The position numbers and the translations under genes were made by a program. A DNA stretch of 32,000 nucleotides, taken from the NCBI GenBank assembly GCA_000175855.1, contig ACYB01000046.1:180001-212000 (forward strand), given 5' to 3'. Of the stretch, positions 30,492-32,000 are shown piece by piece. Each line of letters starts with the position of its first letter. The first letter of the stretch is position 1. This stretch comes from Raphidiopsis brookii D9 (GTDB taxonomy: Bacteria; Cyanobacteriota; Cyanobacteriia; Cyanobacteriales; Nostocaceae). A model generated the notes under the pieces. That model saw only the letters and a program-made list of their open reading frames with translations. It was not told the DNA's origin and did no database searches.

Positions 30492-30827
30492 GTTCCTTAA
30501 TTCATGATAAGTGCTGTAAAACCTGAATGGGTTTTGCTAACGGAGGAATTTAGCTCTAGCCATAAAAGTCCATAAAAGTGTTGTACCTACAAACAGCTTA
30601 TCAAACCTGGGGAAAAAATTAGCAATTTCTTCTGTGGGAGTGAATTTCTAATCTTTTTTCCACATAGACGCAATTGTTTCCCTGTAGCACACTTTCAATG
30701 TGAATTTTAAGGCGTGTTCTTATGTAAACTGGTTGACATTTTCTCTAGACTAAGTTAAAGTGTGTTGAAATTGTACGAATTAACACTCTTTAGTTTAGTC
30801 AGCAATCTTCAATTTGTAAATTCTATC

Positions 30828-32000
30828 ATGGGTGATCTAGAATCCAAGCCAAATCCGCAACTGCCAAGATCATTAATCATTTTGGGAACCACCATAGTGG
30901 TGGGGTTTGGTGGGTTCCAGGTCTACAAGATCCGGCAAAATAAACAAGAAAAAACTAGTTCAACACAAGCTGTGACAATTACAACACCGCCAGTTCGCAC
31001 AGTAACGGCTTTAGGGAGACTGGAACCGAGAGGAAAAGTGATTAAACTTTCTGCACCCACCCCAACTCAAGGGAATAGAGTCGAGCGACTTTTAGTAGAA
31101 GAAGGGGATATGGTAAAAGTTGGACAAGTAGTGGCAATTTTGGACAGTAGATCTCGATTACAAGCAGCATATCAGGAAGCAGAAGCAACAGTAAAAATAG
31201 CCCAGATTAATTTAGAAAAAGTGCAACAGGGTGCAAAAATCGGAGAAATAAAGGCGCAAAAGGCAGAAATCGGCAGAATAGAAGCACAAAGAATTGGCGA
31301 TGAAAGTGGACAGCAATTGACAATATTAAGACTAGAGGCTCAATGGCAAGGTGAAACCACATCACAAAGGGCAATAATTAATAGATTACAGGTACAAATA
31401 AAAAACGCCCAATTAGAATTAGAAAGATATCAGCAACTTTACCGAGATGGAGCAATTTCCCAGTCCTTGTTCGATAGCAAAACACTAACCGTTGAAACTA
31501 TTGCCCAACAGTTAAAAGAAGCAACAGCAAACCTGGAGCGCATGGATAAAAGTGGAAGAAGGCAAATTGAGGAAGCAAAAACTGCTCTCAATCGGATTCG
31601 CTCTACGGGTGGGGAACAAATCATTTCAGCTAAAGCAACCCTCGATAAAATTGCTGAAGTACGTCCAATAGACGTAGCAGCTGCGAGAGCTGAATTAAAT
31701 CGTGCCAAAGCTGTAGCAAAGCAAGCCAAAGCCAGTTTTGATCAGGTTTACATTAAATCTCCTCAAAAGGGAATAATATTTGATATCCACACCCGTGCTG
31801 GAGAGCTAGTAGGGAACGAAGGGATAGTAGAAATTGGGGAAACAAGCCAGATGTACGCAGTAGCAGAAGTCTACCAAAGTGACATCAGTAAAATTCTTCC
31901 TCAGCAACGGGTTAAAATATTGAGTAGTTCTCTAGAGGGAGAATTGCAGGGAACAGTAGATAGAATTGGTTGGGAAGTAAAAAGACAAAATGTGATTAAT
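30828..32000 (+). CDS. devB: ABC exporter membrane fusion protein, DevB/HlyD family (5' part; runs off the window, so absent from the ORF track)
   Basis: From the ATG at 30828 the frame is open to the last base. I translated it by hand as MGDLESKPNPQLPRSLIILGTTIVVGFGGF (TM anchor)...VTALGRLEPRGKVIKLSAP...RVERLLVEEGDMVKVGQVVAILDS, followed by a long coiled-coil hairpin and ...VYIKSPQKGIIFDIHTRAGELV. This is the HlyD/DevB architecture. Confidence 0.8.
   Translation, partial: MGDLESKPNPQLPRSLIILGTTIVVGFGGFQVYKIRQNKQEKTSSTQAVTITTPPVRTVTALGRLEPRGKVIKLSAPTPTQGNRVERLLVEEGDMVKVGQVVAILDSRSRLQAAYQEAEATVKIAQINLEKVQQGAKIGEIKAQKAEIGRIEAQRIGDESGQQLTILRLEAQWQGETTSQRAIINRLQVQIKNAQLELERYQQLYRDGAISQSLFDSKTLTVETIAQQLKEATANLERMDKSGRRQIEEAKTALNRIRSTGGEQIISAKATLDKIAEVRPIDVAAARAELNRAKAVAKQAKASFDQVYIKSPQKGIIFDIHTRAGELVGNEGIVEIGETSQMYAVAEVYQSDISKILPQQRVKILSSSLEGELQGTVDRIGWEVKRQNVIN

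Noticed and set aside
30724-30786. Possible NtcA-binding sites upstream of devB: GTA-N8-GAC at 30724-30737 and GTA-N8-CAC at 30773-30786
   Set aside because: Both deviate from the GTA-N8-TAC consensus in the conserved TAC half. Neither has a well-spaced TAN3T -10 box; the spacing is about 18 nt for the first. For the second, the implied transcription start would leave almost no leader. They are not supportable without a transcription start or binding data.
31439-31729. 96-aa minus-strand ORF
   Set aside because: It lies antisense within the devB coiled-coil region. That region is Ala/Lys/Glu-rich in sense and gives Ala/Ser/Leu-rich nonsense in antisense. The plus-strand frame is open across the entire 1.17 kb and has clear HlyD/DevB features.

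Overview
This window looks like ordinary core chromosome of an AT-rich filamentous cyanobacterium. It is probably Nostocales-like, judging from at least 15 copies of the HIP1 palindrome GCGATCGC, a DevB-family exporter gene and the overall gene content. I support about 27 protein genes and one tRNA.

The genes, in order:
- lpxA (3' part), lpxB and an MgtC/SapB-family gene
- a GHL10/DUF187 glycoside-hydrolase-like gene
- purL-purF on the minus strand
- tRNA-Ala(GGC) with its own near-consensus promoter
- a UbiC-like chorismate lyase and ccsA
- a DUF318 permease with its TIGR03943 partner, then an Ig-like/beta-propeller secreted protein
- a coiled-coil/acidic protein
- a CruA/CruP-family flavoprotein, an aldo/keto reductase, DUF192 and DUF2949
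- an LCP (LytR-CpsA-Psr) protein and mannose-1-phosphate guanylyltransferase
- an ABC-2 ATPase plus permease, and tex
- a ClC channel with CBS and USP domains, and a TldD/PmbA protease
- the 5' part of a devB-type membrane-fusion gene, which runs off the 3' edge and is absent from the ORF track

I saw no IS element, integrase, CRISPR array, defence or toxin-type genes, or large repeats, and I cannot point to a convincing novel multi-gene system.

The most striking signal is that six otherwise well-conserved genes (lpxB, GHL10, ccsA, coiled-coil, LCP, ClC) are each broken by a single-base length change in a 4-6 nt A/T homopolymer. Five are +1 and one is -1. Correcting one base restores a full-length protein in every case. 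This indicates either homopolymer sequencing errors or genuine gene erosion.

Secondary curiosities are vicinal-cysteine motifs in the permease pair, an uncharacterised coiled-coil protein, two pairs of convergent genes with abutting or overlapping stop codons, and several intergenic inverted repeats.
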